Position numbers and translations under genes: made by a program. Of a stretch of 64,000 bases of DNA, positions 29,006-44,243 are shown in pieces. This stretch comes from Eledone cirrhosa. Taxonomy: Eukaryota. Every line of letters begins with the position of its first letter. The stretch's first letter is position 1. The DNA lies in the NCBI GenBank assembly GCA_964016885.1, contig OZ024761.1, positions 22,382,001-22,446,000 of the forward strand. Reading direction: 5' to 3'. The notes under the pieces are model-generated. The model was not told the DNA's origin. It made no database searches and was given only the letters and a program-made list of their open reading frames with translations.

Positions 29006-29550
29006 ATATATCCAGTAATCCTGGTATATATAACATAGCATGTCAGGTGATCACCAATATATTCAGTAATCCTGGTATATATAACATAGCATGTCAGGTG
29101 ATCACCAATATATTCAGTAATCCTGGTATATATAACATAGCATGTCAGGTGATCACCAATATATTCAGTAATCCTGGTATATATAACATAGCATGTCAGG
29201 TGATCACCAATATATTCAGTAATCCTGGTATATATAACATAGCATGTCAGGTGATCACCAATATATTCAGTAATCCTGGTATATATAACATAGCATGTCA
29301 GGTGATCACCAATATATTCAGTAATCCTGGTATATATAACATAGCATGTCAGGTGATCACCAATATATTCAGTAATCCTGGTATATATAACATAGCATGT
29401 CAGGTGATCACCAATATATTCAGTAATCCTGGTATATATAACATAGCATGTCAGGTGATCACCAATATATTCAGTAATCCTGGTATATATAACATACCAT
29501 GTCAGGTGATCGCCAATATATTCAGTAATCCTGGTATATATGACATAACA
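29006..29550. repeat. 51-bp minisatellite, about 10.5 near-identical units
   Basis: Unit atattcagtaatcctggtatatataacatagcatgtcaggtgatcaccaat. Confidence 0.97.
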
Positions 29551-30530
29551 ATCCTTGACTCCAAGAACTAAATACATTCAACGCTGTCGCTGTCGTTATT
29601 GATGACTAGAAATAATAATTTAAAAAAAAGCTTTAAAATATTCCAATTGCTAAACTTTCCAATGGAATTTCTTTTAATTAAAATAAAAAAAAATTGAATC
29701 CGTTATTTATTTTTATTTTTTAATTTATGTTTTTATATTATTTTAATTTATTTATTCCATATTTTTCACTTATATTTATATTTTTAGTATATATATTTTA
29801 TATTTTTAATATATTTTATATATATATTATTAATATTTTATATGTATTTTAATATATATTTTATATATATTTTAATATATATTTTATATATATTTTATAT
29901 ATATTTTAATATATATTTTAATATATATTTTATATATATTTTTTAATATTTATTTTTATATATATATATATTTATATATTTAAGTATATATATATTTTTT
30001 GAAATGTCTTTTTGTTAGGTGGCTTAATTAACTCATCAAATTATTACTTAATAAAAATCAATATTTGAGGAGAAAAAGCCACTGGTAAATGTTGTTGTTG
30101 TTGTGTGTGTGTGTGTGTAACTGTATGTATATGTATATATCTGTGTGTGTGTGTGTGTGTGTCTGTTTCTCTCTATGTACGTATGTATATGTGTATGTTG
30201 GTGTAAATGGATGTATATATGTATGTGTGTGTATATATGAGTGCGTAAGCAAGTGTGTATGTGTATTTCTTTATGTGTGGATGTGTGTGTGTGCTATATA
30301 ATCAAATATAACAGTATTTTTTTAGAAAGTAGGTAAGATAGGGAGATAGAAAGATAGAGAGATAGATGAAGGGAGAGATGAATAGGTAGAGAGAGAGGAG
30401 AGAGGGAGACAGATAGATAGAGAGAGAGAGAGAGAGATATTTCTTCCCTAATTTCTCATTCTATTTTCTGATGAAGGACTAGCATCTGAAACACTCAGAC
30501 TCTTTTCCTACTATATCAAGCGTAAAACTA

Positions 30531-30565
<35 letters not shown>

Positions 30566-30632
30566 TATATATATACATATACATTTACTCACACATATCT
30601 GTATATCTATCTATATATACATATATATACAC

Positions 30633-30707
<75 letters not shown>

Positions 30708-30810
30708 AAAGAAAAACAATGGCAATAAAACTTCTCAGCAGCTGTGATGTTCACAGAGACTTGTGTATATACTTTTGTTTGGAGCTATAGCTTTGATGTA
30801 TGTATATATG

Positions 30811-30844
<34 letters not shown>

Positions 30845-30921
30845 TATCATCTGTATTTATTTTATTATATATATTTCGAAGATGTAAAGTTTTATATATA
30901 TATATATATATATACAGACTT

Positions 30922-30954
<33 letters not shown>

Positions 30955-31071
30955 CATACACAATCTTACACACACACACACATAAATATATATATACACA
31001 GACTTACACACACACACATATACACACACAAACATACACACACACACACACATGTATATATACACAGACTT

Positions 31072-31106
<35 letters not shown>

Positions 31107-31308
31107 ATACACACACATCGACCTACACACACATATACACACATAGACACATGCTCATATATGTGTCTGTGTGTGTTGTTGTGTGTATATATGTGTGTGT
31201 GTGTATATATATATGTGTCTGTGTTGTTGTGTGTATATATGTGTGTGTGTGTATATGTATGTGTGTGTGTGTTGTGTGTATATATGTGTGTGTGTATATA
31301 TATATATA

Positions 31309-31339
<31 letters not shown>

Positions 31340-31651
31340 ATATATATATATGTGTGTGTGTGTTGACAAAAGGTGTTTCAGTACAGTTTTACATCCAACC
31401 TGTTGTACAATGACTGCTGTTGTGTCTTTGTTTACATCGTTAGATTACGAGGAGGTGTTTAAATCCTGTTAAAATGGCGACTGTGGACTGGCAACATCGC
31501 TGAGACTGTTGGACAAGATACCTTTTATTTAGTAGACCTCCTACACCTCAGGTTTTCACCTCAAATCTTGGCAAAAGGTCAACTTTACTGTTCATCTTGT
31601 AATGGCTTCTTTAACACCAAAATACTTGCCTAATATGGTAGACTGGTACAT

Positions 31652-32070
31652 CTTAGTACCAGACCTGTCTAAGGTGGTACAACTTAGTATTAGACCTGTC
31701 TAAGGTGGTACAACTTAGTATTAGACCTGTCTAAGGTGGTACAGCTTAGTATTAGACCTGTCTAAGGTGGTACAACTTAGTATTAGACCTGTCTAAGGTG
31801 GTACAACTTAGTATTAGACCTGTCTAAGGTGGTACAGCTTAGTATTAGACCTGTCTAAGGTGGTACAACTTAGTATTAGACCTGTCTAAGGTGGTACAAC
31901 TTAGTATTAGACCTGTCTAAGGTGGTACAGCTTAGTATTAGACCTGTCTAAGGTGGTACAGCTTAGTATTAGACCAGTCTAAGGTGGTACAACTTAGTAT
32001 TAGACCTGTCTAAGGTGGTACAGCTTAGTATTAGACCAGTCTAAGGTGGTACAACTTAGTATTAGACCTG
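31652..32070. repeat. 31-bp minisatellite, about 13 units
   Basis: Unit ttagtattagacctgtctaaggtggtacaac. Confidence 0.95.
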
Positions 32071-32854
32071 CCAACCTCTAAAAACCCAAACGGGGAATAC
32101 CATGGAAAAAAAGTGCCAGAGCGTGGACAAAAGATAGTTTGTCCTCGCCCCCTGTTCCTGAAAAAATGGTTGTGTCAGTGTGGGTGGGAGGGAGACTTGT
32201 CCCCTGGGACCTCCTGGAAACAAGTCCATTGCACACATCACATATACACACACTTGAGTTAACCCTTTACCATTTACATTACCCTATATTTACTATTGTA
32301 TTTTCACGATTAAGGCTTTCACTCACATAATATCTAATCTGTGAGATTTTGATATATTATATTTTGAGAACAATACCTTAACATCAGTATGAGTGGCCGG
32401 TTACAGCCGGTTTGAACTGAAAGAGGTGAGACAATTCTGACTGGATATGGCCGGTTTAAATGATAAAGTGTGTGTATGCTTATGTTTGTGTGTATGTGTG
32501 TGTATTTGTGTGTGTGTGTATGTGTGTGTGTGTGTGTGTATGTGTGTGTATGTATGTGTGTGTGTGTGTGTGTATGTGTGTGTGTGTGTGTGTGTGTGCG
32601 TGTGTGTGTGTATGTATGTGTTTATTTTAAATCATTGGGTGGGCTAAAAAGCCACATTCAATCACAACACCCTTAATTGTTATTGTGTGTATGTATATAT
32701 ATATATATGTGTGTGTGTATGTATATATAGATGTGTGTGTGTGTGTTGTATTTATATATATATAGATATGTGTGTATGTATATATATAGATATATGTGTG
32801 TGTGTGTGTATGTATGTATATATATATATAGATATATATGTGTGTGTGTGTGTG

Positions 32855-32893
<39 letters not shown>

Positions 32894-33090
32894 ATGTATA
32901 TATATATATATAGATATGTGTGTGTACATAAACACACACAGACATATAACATTTGTTGTGTGATAAAGCAAACTCCATTGTAACCTCAGTGTGGTAGGGG
33001 GAGGATGGGGGGGGGGATATGAAAGATTTTATCAACAAAGTAGTTTATATTTCACTGATAAACTTACTACTTTTCTTCTCATGAAATGAT

Positions 33091-33157
<67 letters not shown>

Positions 33158-33401
33158 TTATATATATATATATCATCATCATCATCATCATCATCTGTGA
33201 GAACAGACCTCAGATCATTGAAGCCCACGGTGGAGATGACGAAGGACCGTGACGAGTGGAGAGATGCTGTGCTGAATAAGACCCGTGTCCCACCCTTGCG
33301 AGCAGGGAAGAGTGGACGTAAAATGATGATGATGATGATGATATATGCATATATATATATATATGGATATATATATATATATATGCATATATATATATAT
33401 A

Positions 33402-33458
<57 letters not shown>

Positions 33459-33858
33459 TTATTTATCCAGTCAACAGATAGATGAGGTTCTGGCTCTTTT
33501 TTTCTTCTAAAAACAAATAAAACATAAACCAATACCCCCTCCCCCCTCCCTCCCCTCCTCCCCTCCAATTAACAAAAGGATCCACCAAAATAGCAAAAGC
33601 CCAACCGTCCTTCGTCCTCCGTCATCACCCTCACTAGAATCACTTTCTATGTAAACCACATTGTCTGGTTTAGGAATGAAAGACCAGTAACAATCTTTTT
33701 GTATTGTCTCCCCCTGTTTTGATTTGTTTCTAATTTTCGCCACCTATGGCCCACATATATCTTACACGATGTAGTTTACATATACGCATTTGAAAAGTTG
33801 TGTGGCCTTCATATATATTATATCGTATCTTATATATAAACATTTGATAAGGTCTGAT

Positions 33859-34364
<506 letters not shown>

Positions 34365-34366
34365 TA

Positions 34367-34601
34367 TACAATAGATGTAACCTGAGTTTTTCGAATATTA
34401 ATAACAATATTCGATTCATTTGCAATTATGCAAACAAGCCTCATTTTTAAAGCCATGTCAGTAGAATGACCCCTTCAACACAAGAGCAAGAATGAGGGGT
34501 TCATTCTACTGACATGGCTTTAAAAATGAAGCTGTTTGTATAATTGCAATTGAATCGAATATTGTTATTAATATTCGAAAAGTCAGATTACATCTATTGT
34601 A
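34367..34601. repeat. Imperfect fold-back inverted repeat, about 105-bp arms
   Basis: tacaatagatgtaa...ttacatctattgta. Confidence 0.85.
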
Positions 34602-34717
34602 TTCAGCCATGTAGAGCAATAAACTATTTGTTATATATATACATCATATCTTACATATAAACATTTGAACAGGCCTGAGGCTCTCATATATATTATATGA
34701 TATCTTACATATGGTAT

Positions 34718-35040
34718 AGTCCCGTAACTCCTGATAGAGTCGTAGGGGCTCCGTATTGACATACAGTGTCTCTTGTGTATATATGGTCCCCTAACTCCTG
34801 ATAGTCGTAGAGGCTCGGTATTGACATACAGCGTTTCTTGTGTATATATGGTCCCCTAACTCCTGATAGAGTGGCAGGGGCTCCGTATTGACATACAGTG
34901 TCTCTTGTGTATATATGGTCCCCTAACTCCTGATAGAGTAGTAGGGGCTCCGTATTGACATACAGTGTCTCTTGTGTATATATGGTCCCCTAACTCCTGA
35001 TAGTCGTAGAGGCGCTGTAGTGACATACAGTGTTTCTTGG
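34718..35040. repeat. 65-67-bp tandem array (about 5 units) inside a dispersed repeat
   Basis: Unit ggtcccctaactcctgatagagtcgtaggggctccgtattgacatacagtgtctcttgtgtatatat. Single-unit relatives lie at about 3066-3165, 7465-7625 and 58070-58195. Confidence 0.85.
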
Positions 35041-36777
35041 GCATCTTATAGCCAGGTGGAGCCCACATCTCCTCTCCAGGCCTGAGTACAACAGATTTCT
35101 TCCAGAGAAAGAGAGAGAGAGATATAGAGGAAGAATTGACCCCCAGTACTAGACTGGTACTTTTTTTATTGACCTCGAAAGGATGAAAAGCATAGTTAAC
35201 CTCGGTGGGATTTGAACCCAGGGGTAGAGAGTTGGAACGAATACCATAAAGTATTTTACTGGATATTCTAACTCTGCCAATTCACTGTCTTATCTTACAT
35301 AGAAACATTTGAAAAAGTGTGAGGCCCAACAGAGAACACTACTGTGGTGCACTATCGTGGTGTATAGGTTGCACTATTTCCTATGACATGACATGAATAA
35401 GCAAGATGTGACGTATCTACTGGACTTAGGAATGCTGTCAATTCATGTCAACTCTTGACTCAAGAATGTCATATGTAAAATGAAGGTGTGTCGTATATTG
35501 GTCACATTCAGTAAAGTGGAAGTCATTTGAATTATCATCATTTAATACCTATCTACCAACTTACTACCTCTCCTCTCCCCCTACCTAACCCCCTTCTCTC
35601 TCTCTCTCTCTGATTACTTTTATGTAATGACAGGTGTGGTGTGGTGTGGTGTGGTGTGGTGTGGTGTGGTGTAGTGTAGTGTAGTGTAGTGTAGTGTGGT
35701 GTGGTGTGGTGCGGTGTGGTGTGGTGTGGGGTGGGGTGGGGTGTTGTGATGTAATTTAGTAAATGTTGGAAAACATCTACAGGGGATTACAGTTGAAACA
35801 GATTTTTGGTCTATCGAGGGACGGGGTGGGGTGGGAGGTTTTTCTGATGTAATTTAGTTTAATGTTAATTAATGATTACTTTATTTCATGTGTAAATCCC
35901 CTCCGCCTCTTTCACTTCCCCTTCCTCCACTCCACCTCCACTCCACTCCTTCCTCCACTCCACACCATACCCTCCACTCCCTTCCTCCCCCCTCACCAGG
36001 TGATAATTTAGTTTATATTCTGGTATGCTTTCCTCTTGTAATTTACTTGGAATGTGTTAATTAAACATGGAGGGGGTGGGGTGGGGGTGAGAGAAACACT
36101 TTAACCCCATTTCTTTACCACAGTCCCAATGAAAGACAGGACCCTGTTATTTTCTCATCATTTTTAAAATAATCAAGGATTCGGAGGGGGTTTAATAATT
36201 GTTTCTACTTTTGGCACAAGGCCAGCAATTATCCCAGTGTATTACTGGTACTTTATTTTATCGACCCCGTAAGGATGAAAGGCAAAGTTAACCTCAGCAG
36301 GATTTGAACTCAGACCATAAAGGGCCGTAACTCTGTGCTGCAAAGCATGGCGTCCGACCCTCTACCGATACTGCCAGTCCATGTTATTACGCTGGTTGTT
36401 TGGAACATAACTTAACAAAGGTTCTGACATAAAACTATGATGGAAGGTCATCGTCTTCTTCTGCGCCTACTTATTCCTGAGAGGGTCGTGCAGGCAGAGT
36501 TCTCAAACACTCCCTCAGTGGGTCCTGTCAGAAGCAACTGTCTCCCTTCCCCTGGGGTTTGTCCCTTGTTAAGCCACGCGAAGGACGGTGCAGTATGGTT
36601 TCTCTTACCTTTCTTCATCATATTGCAGTTTCAGTTTTGGTGGTCTTATCCATTCCAGTCCCCAATCTGGTTCTTGGTCAAACCCGCGAATTATGATGGA
36701 AGGTTTTTAGAGAAATATAAAGATTTTAACCCAGTATCAATATATATCAAAATATCTTTCTATCTATCTATCTATCT

Positions 36778-37097
36778 GCACCCCAGTAAATTTACTGAAA
36801 GGTGGGTGAATGAAGCGAAAATGGCCCGAGTGATTGGGCCTTCTCTGTTTATAAGCCTGTAGGTTGAGGAAGAGAGCAAAAGGAAGAAAGGAGCACTTGC
36901 ACAACACGCTCCTCGAGTTGAGGGTTGTTCTATCGACGGGGTATTAAACAACCCATTTGTGGCGCCTCCCCCCTATCGGGGATTTCGATTGTTGAAATTG
37001 TTTGTTTTTATATTTTTTACACGACTGTATGTAAAATCCCCGGCATGTCTTTGTATTGTCCCCTTTCTTGTTGCGCCCTTGTGGCTAATAAAGAAAT
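36778..37097 (+). mobile_element. Probable L1/Tx1-like LINE 3' end inserted in (TCTA)n
   Basis: Short coding remnant KFTERWVNEAKMARV, then a 3' UTR with AATAAA at 37087-37092, and TCTA repeats on both sides. Confidence 0.45.
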
Positions 37098-37181
37098 CTA
37101 TCTATCTATTATTTTTATCTAAACACATTTTTTCCAATTCCACCCCACCCGTCCCCTCAATCTATCTTATTTCTCATTCTT

Positions 37182-37217
37182 TCTTCTGATGAAGGACTAG
37201 CGTCCGAAACGTTAAGA
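37182..37217 (+). ncRNA. Minimal type I hammerhead ribozyme, family A
   Basis: TCTT-CTGATGA-A-GGAC(TAGC)GTCC-GAA-ACGT-T-AAGA, with stem I TCTT/AAGA and a palindromic stem III ACGT. Confidence 0.8.
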
Positions 37218-37578
37218 CCCTCTTCCTGCTATATCAAGCGTTAAACTAATATATCCCTTCCATATACTGTACCGATTGTGTTGTTATTTCTGTTTACCTT
37301 TTACATACATGTATATATCATCATCATCATCATCGTTTAACGTCTATCTTTCACGCTAGCATGGGTTAGACGGGAATTATCCCGCTTGAGACAAGATATA
37401 TATATATATATATAGTGACAAAACATAAGTCAATTGCATGAACTCATAATCCTTTATTTACTGCTATATATATTTTGATGATATCCATTGAATGGCTATG
37501 ACCTCATCAGGCAGTTAGTCAGTTCTTAGATATGCCAGCTCTGTGTTTATAGTGTTGATGGTATCAGAGCCTTGGGAC

Positions 37579-37611
<33 letters not shown>

Positions 37612-37612
37612 C

Positions 37613-37739
<127 letters not shown>

Positions 37740-37872
37740 TAACAGATTAAAGTTTAAGCAAAGAATCACTGCTTTCACCCTTAACGGGGTCTTCCGAAAC
37801 TTATCCTTATATATAGTAATAATAATAAATGTGAAGACTAAAATCCAAAGATGGCTCGATAAGGATAAATAC

Positions 37873-37923
37873 AGTTTCAGAAGATCCCGTTTAGGGGGAA
37901 AGCAGCGATTCTTTGCTTAAACT
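37873..37923 (+). ncRNA. Hammerhead-like motif, family L (CAGAAGA core)
   Basis: AGTTT-CAGAAGA-TCCC(GTTTA)GGGG-GAA-AGCA(GCGATTCTT)TGCT-T-AAACT. Other copies lie at 37751-37801(-), 44255-44305(-) and 44631-44681(+). Confidence 0.6.
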
Positions 37924-37951
37924 TTAATCTGTTATTTTAATATATATATAT

Positions 37952-38258
37952 ATCATCAACATCATCATCATCATACGTCTGCTTTTCCCTGCTTGCAAGG
38001 GTGGGGCGGGTCTTATTCAGCACAGCATCTCTCCACTTGTCACGGTCCTTCGTCATCTCCACCGTGAGCTTCAGTGATCTGCGGTCTGCTCTCACCACCT
38101 CCGCCCATGTTTTTCGTGGTCTTCCTCTACCACATCTTCCTTCAACTGGCATTTCCTGGCACTTCTTCACACATCGGTCATCCTCCTTGCGCATCACATG
38201 TCCATACCACCTCAGTCTCCTCTCCCGTACACTACATTCTATCCCTCTCAGACACAGT
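37952..38258 (-). mobile_element. RTE LINE 3' fragment (third subfamily)
   Basis: Translates as ...VEGRCGRGRPRKTWAEVVRAD...DRDKWRDAV and ends in (GAT)n. Related copies lie at 33195-33342 (+) and 62881-63268 (-). Confidence 0.85.
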
Positions 38259-38295
38259 TTATATATATATATATATATCTATCTATATACATGTG

Positions 38296-38344
<49 letters not shown>

Positions 38345-38475
38345 GTATATACACACACACTCATACACATTCACCCCCCCCCCCCCCCCCCTCGTCCCAT
38401 TTCTTCTCAATAATATCAATTTATAAAACTTGTGTTTAACCATTTCTATAAACCTCTGTTGTTCAGGTTGTCTTA

Positions 38476-39270
38476 CAACAACAACAACAACAACAACAAC
38501 ACCACCACTACCACCACCCTTAACACCAACACCACCTCCACCATCACCACTACCACCACCCTTAACACCAACACCACCTCCACCACTACCACCCTTAACA
38601 CCAACACCACCTCCACTACTACCAACACCACCCTTAACACCAACACCACCTCCACCACCACTACCACCACCTCCACTACCACCAACACCACCCTTAACAC
38701 CAACACTACCTCCACCACCACTACCACCACCCTTAACACCAACACCACCTCCACCACCACTACCACCACCCTTAACACCAACACCACCTCCACTACCACT
38801 ACCACCACCCTTAACACCAACACCACCTCCACCACCACCACTACCACCCTTAACACCAACACCACCTCCACTACTACCAACACCACCCTTAACACCAACA
38901 CCACCTCCACCACCACTACCACCACCTCCACTACCACCAACACCACCCTTAACACCAACACTACCTCCACCACCACTACCACCACCCTTAACACCAACAC
39001 CACCTCCACCACCACTACCACCACCCTTAACACCAACACCACCTCCACTACCACCACCCTTAACACCAACACCACCACTACCACCACCCTTAACACCAAC
39101 ACCACCTCCACCACCACTACCACCACCCTTAACACCAACACCACCTCCACTACCACCAACACCACCTCTACTACCACCAACACCACCACTACCACCACCC
39201 TTAACACCAACACCACCACCACCACTACCACCACCCTTAACACCTCCACCACCACCACCACCACCATCAA
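38476..39270. repeat. Degenerate (CCA)n satellite with recurring cccttaacaccaac
   Basis: Directly visible. Confidence 0.95.
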
Positions 39271-39546
39271 GACAATTTTTTTCATTATAATAATTGATTT
39301 GTTCCATCCTAAACTGTTTTCCCAACATGAAAATGGAAGATTCCCAGCAGCCAGACAAATGGCCGAGATTGTGTCTTCATCTCATTTTATAAAGGAAGTC
39401 TTTTATTGTTTGGTGCTATAATGATATATATAATTATCTATTATATTAAAGCTGTAGTATCTGTCATATAAAAGGTCTGGCGCTGGGGAAAATGGATGCT
39501 AAGAGTGTCTGTATGTGATGAGAATGAGGGAAAGAAAGAGAGAGAT

Positions 39547-39626
<80 letters not shown>

Positions 39627-39744
39627 AGGGAGATGGATAGATAGAGAGAAAGGTGGTGGTGGCAATGGTAAATTTTTCTTTAATCTTACATCTTGTATAT
39701 ATATATATATAAATATAAGATGTAAGATTATATACATATATATG

Positions 39745-39790
<46 letters not shown>

Positions 39791-39967
39791 GATGTATGTA
39801 TGTATGTATATATATGTATGTATGTATATATATGTATGTATATATGTATATATATGTATGTATATATGTATGTATGTATATATATATGTATGTATATATG
39901 TATGTATGTATATATATATATATGTATGGAGGAGGTTATAGTTCACTTGAAGCATTGTGTAATGAGG

Positions 39968-40295
39968 TATAAACATTTGTATATGTATAATAAAGCCAAA
40001 ACAATGCAGGTATGGACATAGAATAAAGAATGCAAATGCAAAAGATATTGTTGACAATTAGTCTTTTACCAATTAGTCTTTTGCCAAGTCATGCATGACT
40101 TGGCAAGCTAGTTAGAACACTGGTTTAACCGCTTTACTTCCCTCCGAAGAACAGATATTATCTCGAAAATTAAGGACATTTAAATAAATCTAAGGTAAAA
40201 GACGAATTGTCAACAATATCTTTTGCATTTGCATTTATATTCTATGTCCATGCCTGCATTGTTTTGGCTTTATTATACATATACAAACGTTTATA
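39968..40295. repeat. Inverted repeat (about 100-bp arms) enclosing a 26-bp palindrome
   Basis: The arms match by eye. ttgccaagtcatgcatgacttggcaa lies at 40081-40106. Confidence 0.85.
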
Positions 40296-40317
40296 TATAT
40301 GTATGTATGTATGTATG

Positions 40318-40350
<33 letters not shown>

Positions 40351-40367
40351 GTATCTATATATATATG

Positions 40368-40654
40368 TTGTTATACTTTGGGAGGGTCATGTTGCCAATA
40401 AGAAACACACGCACCAGTTGCTTTCACTTCAATTTATTATAATAAATTTATAAATTTAGGAATTTATAAATTTCCGGTTGGTTGGTTGGTTCCACAACCA
40501 GACGATTGTTTATATATTGTCTGGTTGTGGAACCAACCAACCAACCGGAAATTTATAAATTCCTAAATTTATAAATTTATTATAATAAATTGAAGTGAAA
40601 GCAACTGGTGCGTGTGTTTCTTATTGGCAACATGACCCTCCCAAAGTATAACAA
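40368..40654. repeat. Fold-back inverted repeat, 136-bp arms
   Basis: Arms are 40368-40503 and 40519-40654. Related termini lie at 20353-20525 and 56650-56690. Confidence 0.9.
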
Positions 40655-41147
40655 TATCGGTTTCAACACACGTTTTCAGATAAAGAATCTTGCTAAACAA
40701 ATTCAGAAACGAAATATATATATATGTATTATGTATATATATATATATGTATGTATATATATATATGTGTGTGTATGTATGTATATATATGTATGTATGT
40801 GTATATATATATATATATATATATACATATTTGGTAGGTATCTCTAATTAAACCGGGCATGGAGTGGTGTAATTTCCATGGGGTCAGCTAGTATATAATA
40901 CATAATCTATTTTACTAATGCTGTAGTATCTGTTGGGTAAAATGTCATGAGATAGTAAGAGAGTGAGTCTGCATGAGAAATAGTCGTGGTGGTGTGTAGT
41001 GGCGGTGGTGGTGGTGTGTGGTGGTGGTGGTGGTGTGTAGTGTTAGTGGTGGTAGTGTTAGTTGTGGTAGTGGTGGTAGTGGTAGTGGTGTAGTGTTAGT
41101 GGTGGTGGTGGTGTGCAGTGGTGATGCACACACACATATACGCACAC

Positions 41148-41190
<43 letters not shown>

Positions 41191-41461
41191 TATATAGACA
41201 CACACACACACAGCTATCCCTCTCCAAAGTTAAAATAATACACGTGTTCATCCATCATTTCTTGCCAATGAGGAAGTAAAGGGAGAGATAACTTATATAA
41301 ACTTATGTTGGTGTGTGTGTATATATATGTGTGTATGTGTATGTGTGTATATGTGTGTGTGTGTGTATGTGTGTATATATATATATGTGTGTGTGTGTGT
41401 GTATGTGTGTGTGTATATATATATATGTGTGTGCGTGTGTGTATATATATATGTGTGTGTG

Positions 41462-41636
<175 letters not shown>

Positions 41637-42271
41637 AGGAAAGATAGCCTGTGAATTGATGATATATATATGCACATATAAGTACATATATTCATACACA
41701 CACACATATATATATATGTACATATATATATATATGCATACCCATATATATATATGTACTTATATATATACATAGACACATATATATATATGTGTGTACA
41801 TATATACATACACACACATATATATATGTACATATATACATACAAACACACATATATATATGCACACACATATACAGACACATACAGACACATATATATA
41901 CACACACATATACATATATATATATATATACACCTATATTTATATACCTATTGACTGGTTACTTTAGATAATTTTGACTCTCCCCTCCCCCTTTCTCTCT
42001 TCCATCCTCTCTACTCTCACTCCACCCTCTCTACTCTCACTCCACCCTCTCTACCCCCACTCCACGCTCTCTACCCCCTCTCTACCCCCACCCCACCATC
42101 TCTACCCCCCCCTCTCTCTACCCCCACTATACCCCCCCCCCCCCTCTCAGCTGGCTGATATCCAGTACATAACCAGCTAACCTAGATTTTGCCAAAAAGA
42201 AGGGGGAAAAAAAAAACCTAAAAATAAAAATAAAAAAAGGCCCCAAATTTTGGCATTCACAAATTTTCAAG

Positions 42272-43612
42272 AACAACAACAGCAACAACTATAACAACAA
42301 TAATAACAGCAGCAATATCAACTACAACAACAGAAACAACAACAACTATAACAACAATAATAACAGCAACAGAAGAAACAACAACTCCAACAACAACACC
42401 AGCAGCAATATCAACTACAACAACAACAACAGCAATAGCAACTACAACAACAACAGCAATAGCAACTATAACAACAACAATAACAACTACAACAACAACA
42501 ACATCAATAGCAACTACAACAGCAATAGCAACTACAACAGCAATAGTAACTATAACAACTATAACTACAACAACAACAGCAATAGCAACTATAACAACAA
42601 CAACAGCAATAGCAACTATAACAACAACAACAGCAATAGCAACTATAACAACAACAACAGCAATAGCAACTATAACAACAACAACAGCAATAGCAACTAT
42701 AACAACAACAACAAAAAAATATGATTATTTATGTTTCTGTTAAACATAAACTGTCAAAAAAATTACAGTAATAATAATAGTGGTGGTGGTAGGTGTGGTG
42801 ATGGTGGTGGAAGGTGTGGTGGTGATGGTGATGGTGGTGGTGGTGGTAGGTGTGGTGGTGATGGTGATGGTGGTGGTGGTGGAAGGTGTGGTGGTGATGG
42901 TGATGGTGATGGTGGTGGAAGGTGTGGTGGTGATGGTGGTGGTGGTGGTGGTGGTAGGTGTGGTGGTGATGGTGGTGGTGGTGGAAGGTGTGGTGGTGAT
43001 GGTGGTGGTGGTGGTAGGTGTGGTGGTGATGGTGATGGTGGTGGTAGGTGTGGTGGTGATGGTGGTGGTGGTGGAAGGTGTGGTGGTGATGGTGATGGTG
43101 GTGGTGGTGGTAGGTGTGGTGGTGGTGGTGGTAGGTGTGATGGTGGTGATAGTGGTGGTGGTGGTGGTGGTAGGTGTGGTGGTGATGGTGGTGGTGGTGG
43201 TGGTGGTGGTGATGGTGGTGATGGTGGTGGTGGTGGTGGTAGGTGTGATGGTGGTGATAGTGGTGGTGGTGATGGTGATGATGGTGGTGGTGGTGGTGGT
43301 GATGCTGGTAGGTGTGATGGTGATGGTGGTGGTAGGTGTGGTGGTGGTGGTAGGTGTGATGGTGGTGGTAGGTGTGATGGTGGTGGTAGGTGTGGTGGTT
43401 GTGGTGGTGGTGGTGGTGGTAGGTGTGATGGTGGTGGTAGGTGTGGTGGTTGTGGTGGTGGTAGGTGTGATGGTGGTGGTAGGTGTGGTGGTGGTGGTGG
43501 TGGTAGGTGTGATGGTGATGGTGGTGGTAGGTGTGATGGTTGTGGTGGTGGTGGTTGCTATGATGACGATGGTGATGATAATGTTAGCTCTGTTGATGAT
43601 GATGATGATGGA
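42272..43612. repeat. Adjacent degenerate (AAC)n and (GGT)n triplet satellites
   Basis: Located at 42272-42715 and 42779-43612. Confidence 0.95.
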
Positions 43613-44143
43613 ATAAAATAAGGGAAGCAATTCCCCTTCATGAAGTGGGGGAGGGTGGGGACCAGACAATAGCCAAACTGTTGCAACGTAACTCTTCATC
43701 CACCTCCTCCCTCACTCCTACTTCCTCGCCCCACCTCCCTCTTCCTTCCTACTCTCACACCTCCCCCATCCTTTTTCCTCACCCCCACCACCTCCTCCTC
43801 TCTCCTCAACTCCTCCCCCTTCAACCCCCCCATCCACCCACTTATCTCTCCTCACATCTCACCCTCATCCACCCCCTTATCCCCCCCTTTATATCTCTCC
43901 TCACCCACCCTCCTCCCACCACCACCCTCTCCTAACATCTGTAATAGTAATAGATTATTAATAGAATCTCTTAGATAAGCAGGGTCCCCCTCCCGTCCCC
44001 TGTATTTAGGGACCTGATATACATTAGTTCTGTTTCTTTTTCTTTCTTACTTATTTGGGTCTTTTTTTATTTACTCTTGTGGTTTTTCCTCACCTGTTAG
44101 GGTTTGGGATAAAAATAGAATGAATATATATACATACACACTT

Positions 44144-44243
<100 letters not shown>

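Noticed and set aside
28987-29577. Periodic 17-aa repeat ORFs (also 16-aa at 52260-52760)
   Set aside because: The unit lengths are divisible by three, so open frames arise trivially, and there is no synonymous variation pattern
33507-33743. 78-aa non-repetitive minus-strand ORF
   Set aside because: No recognisable domain or convincing splice signals
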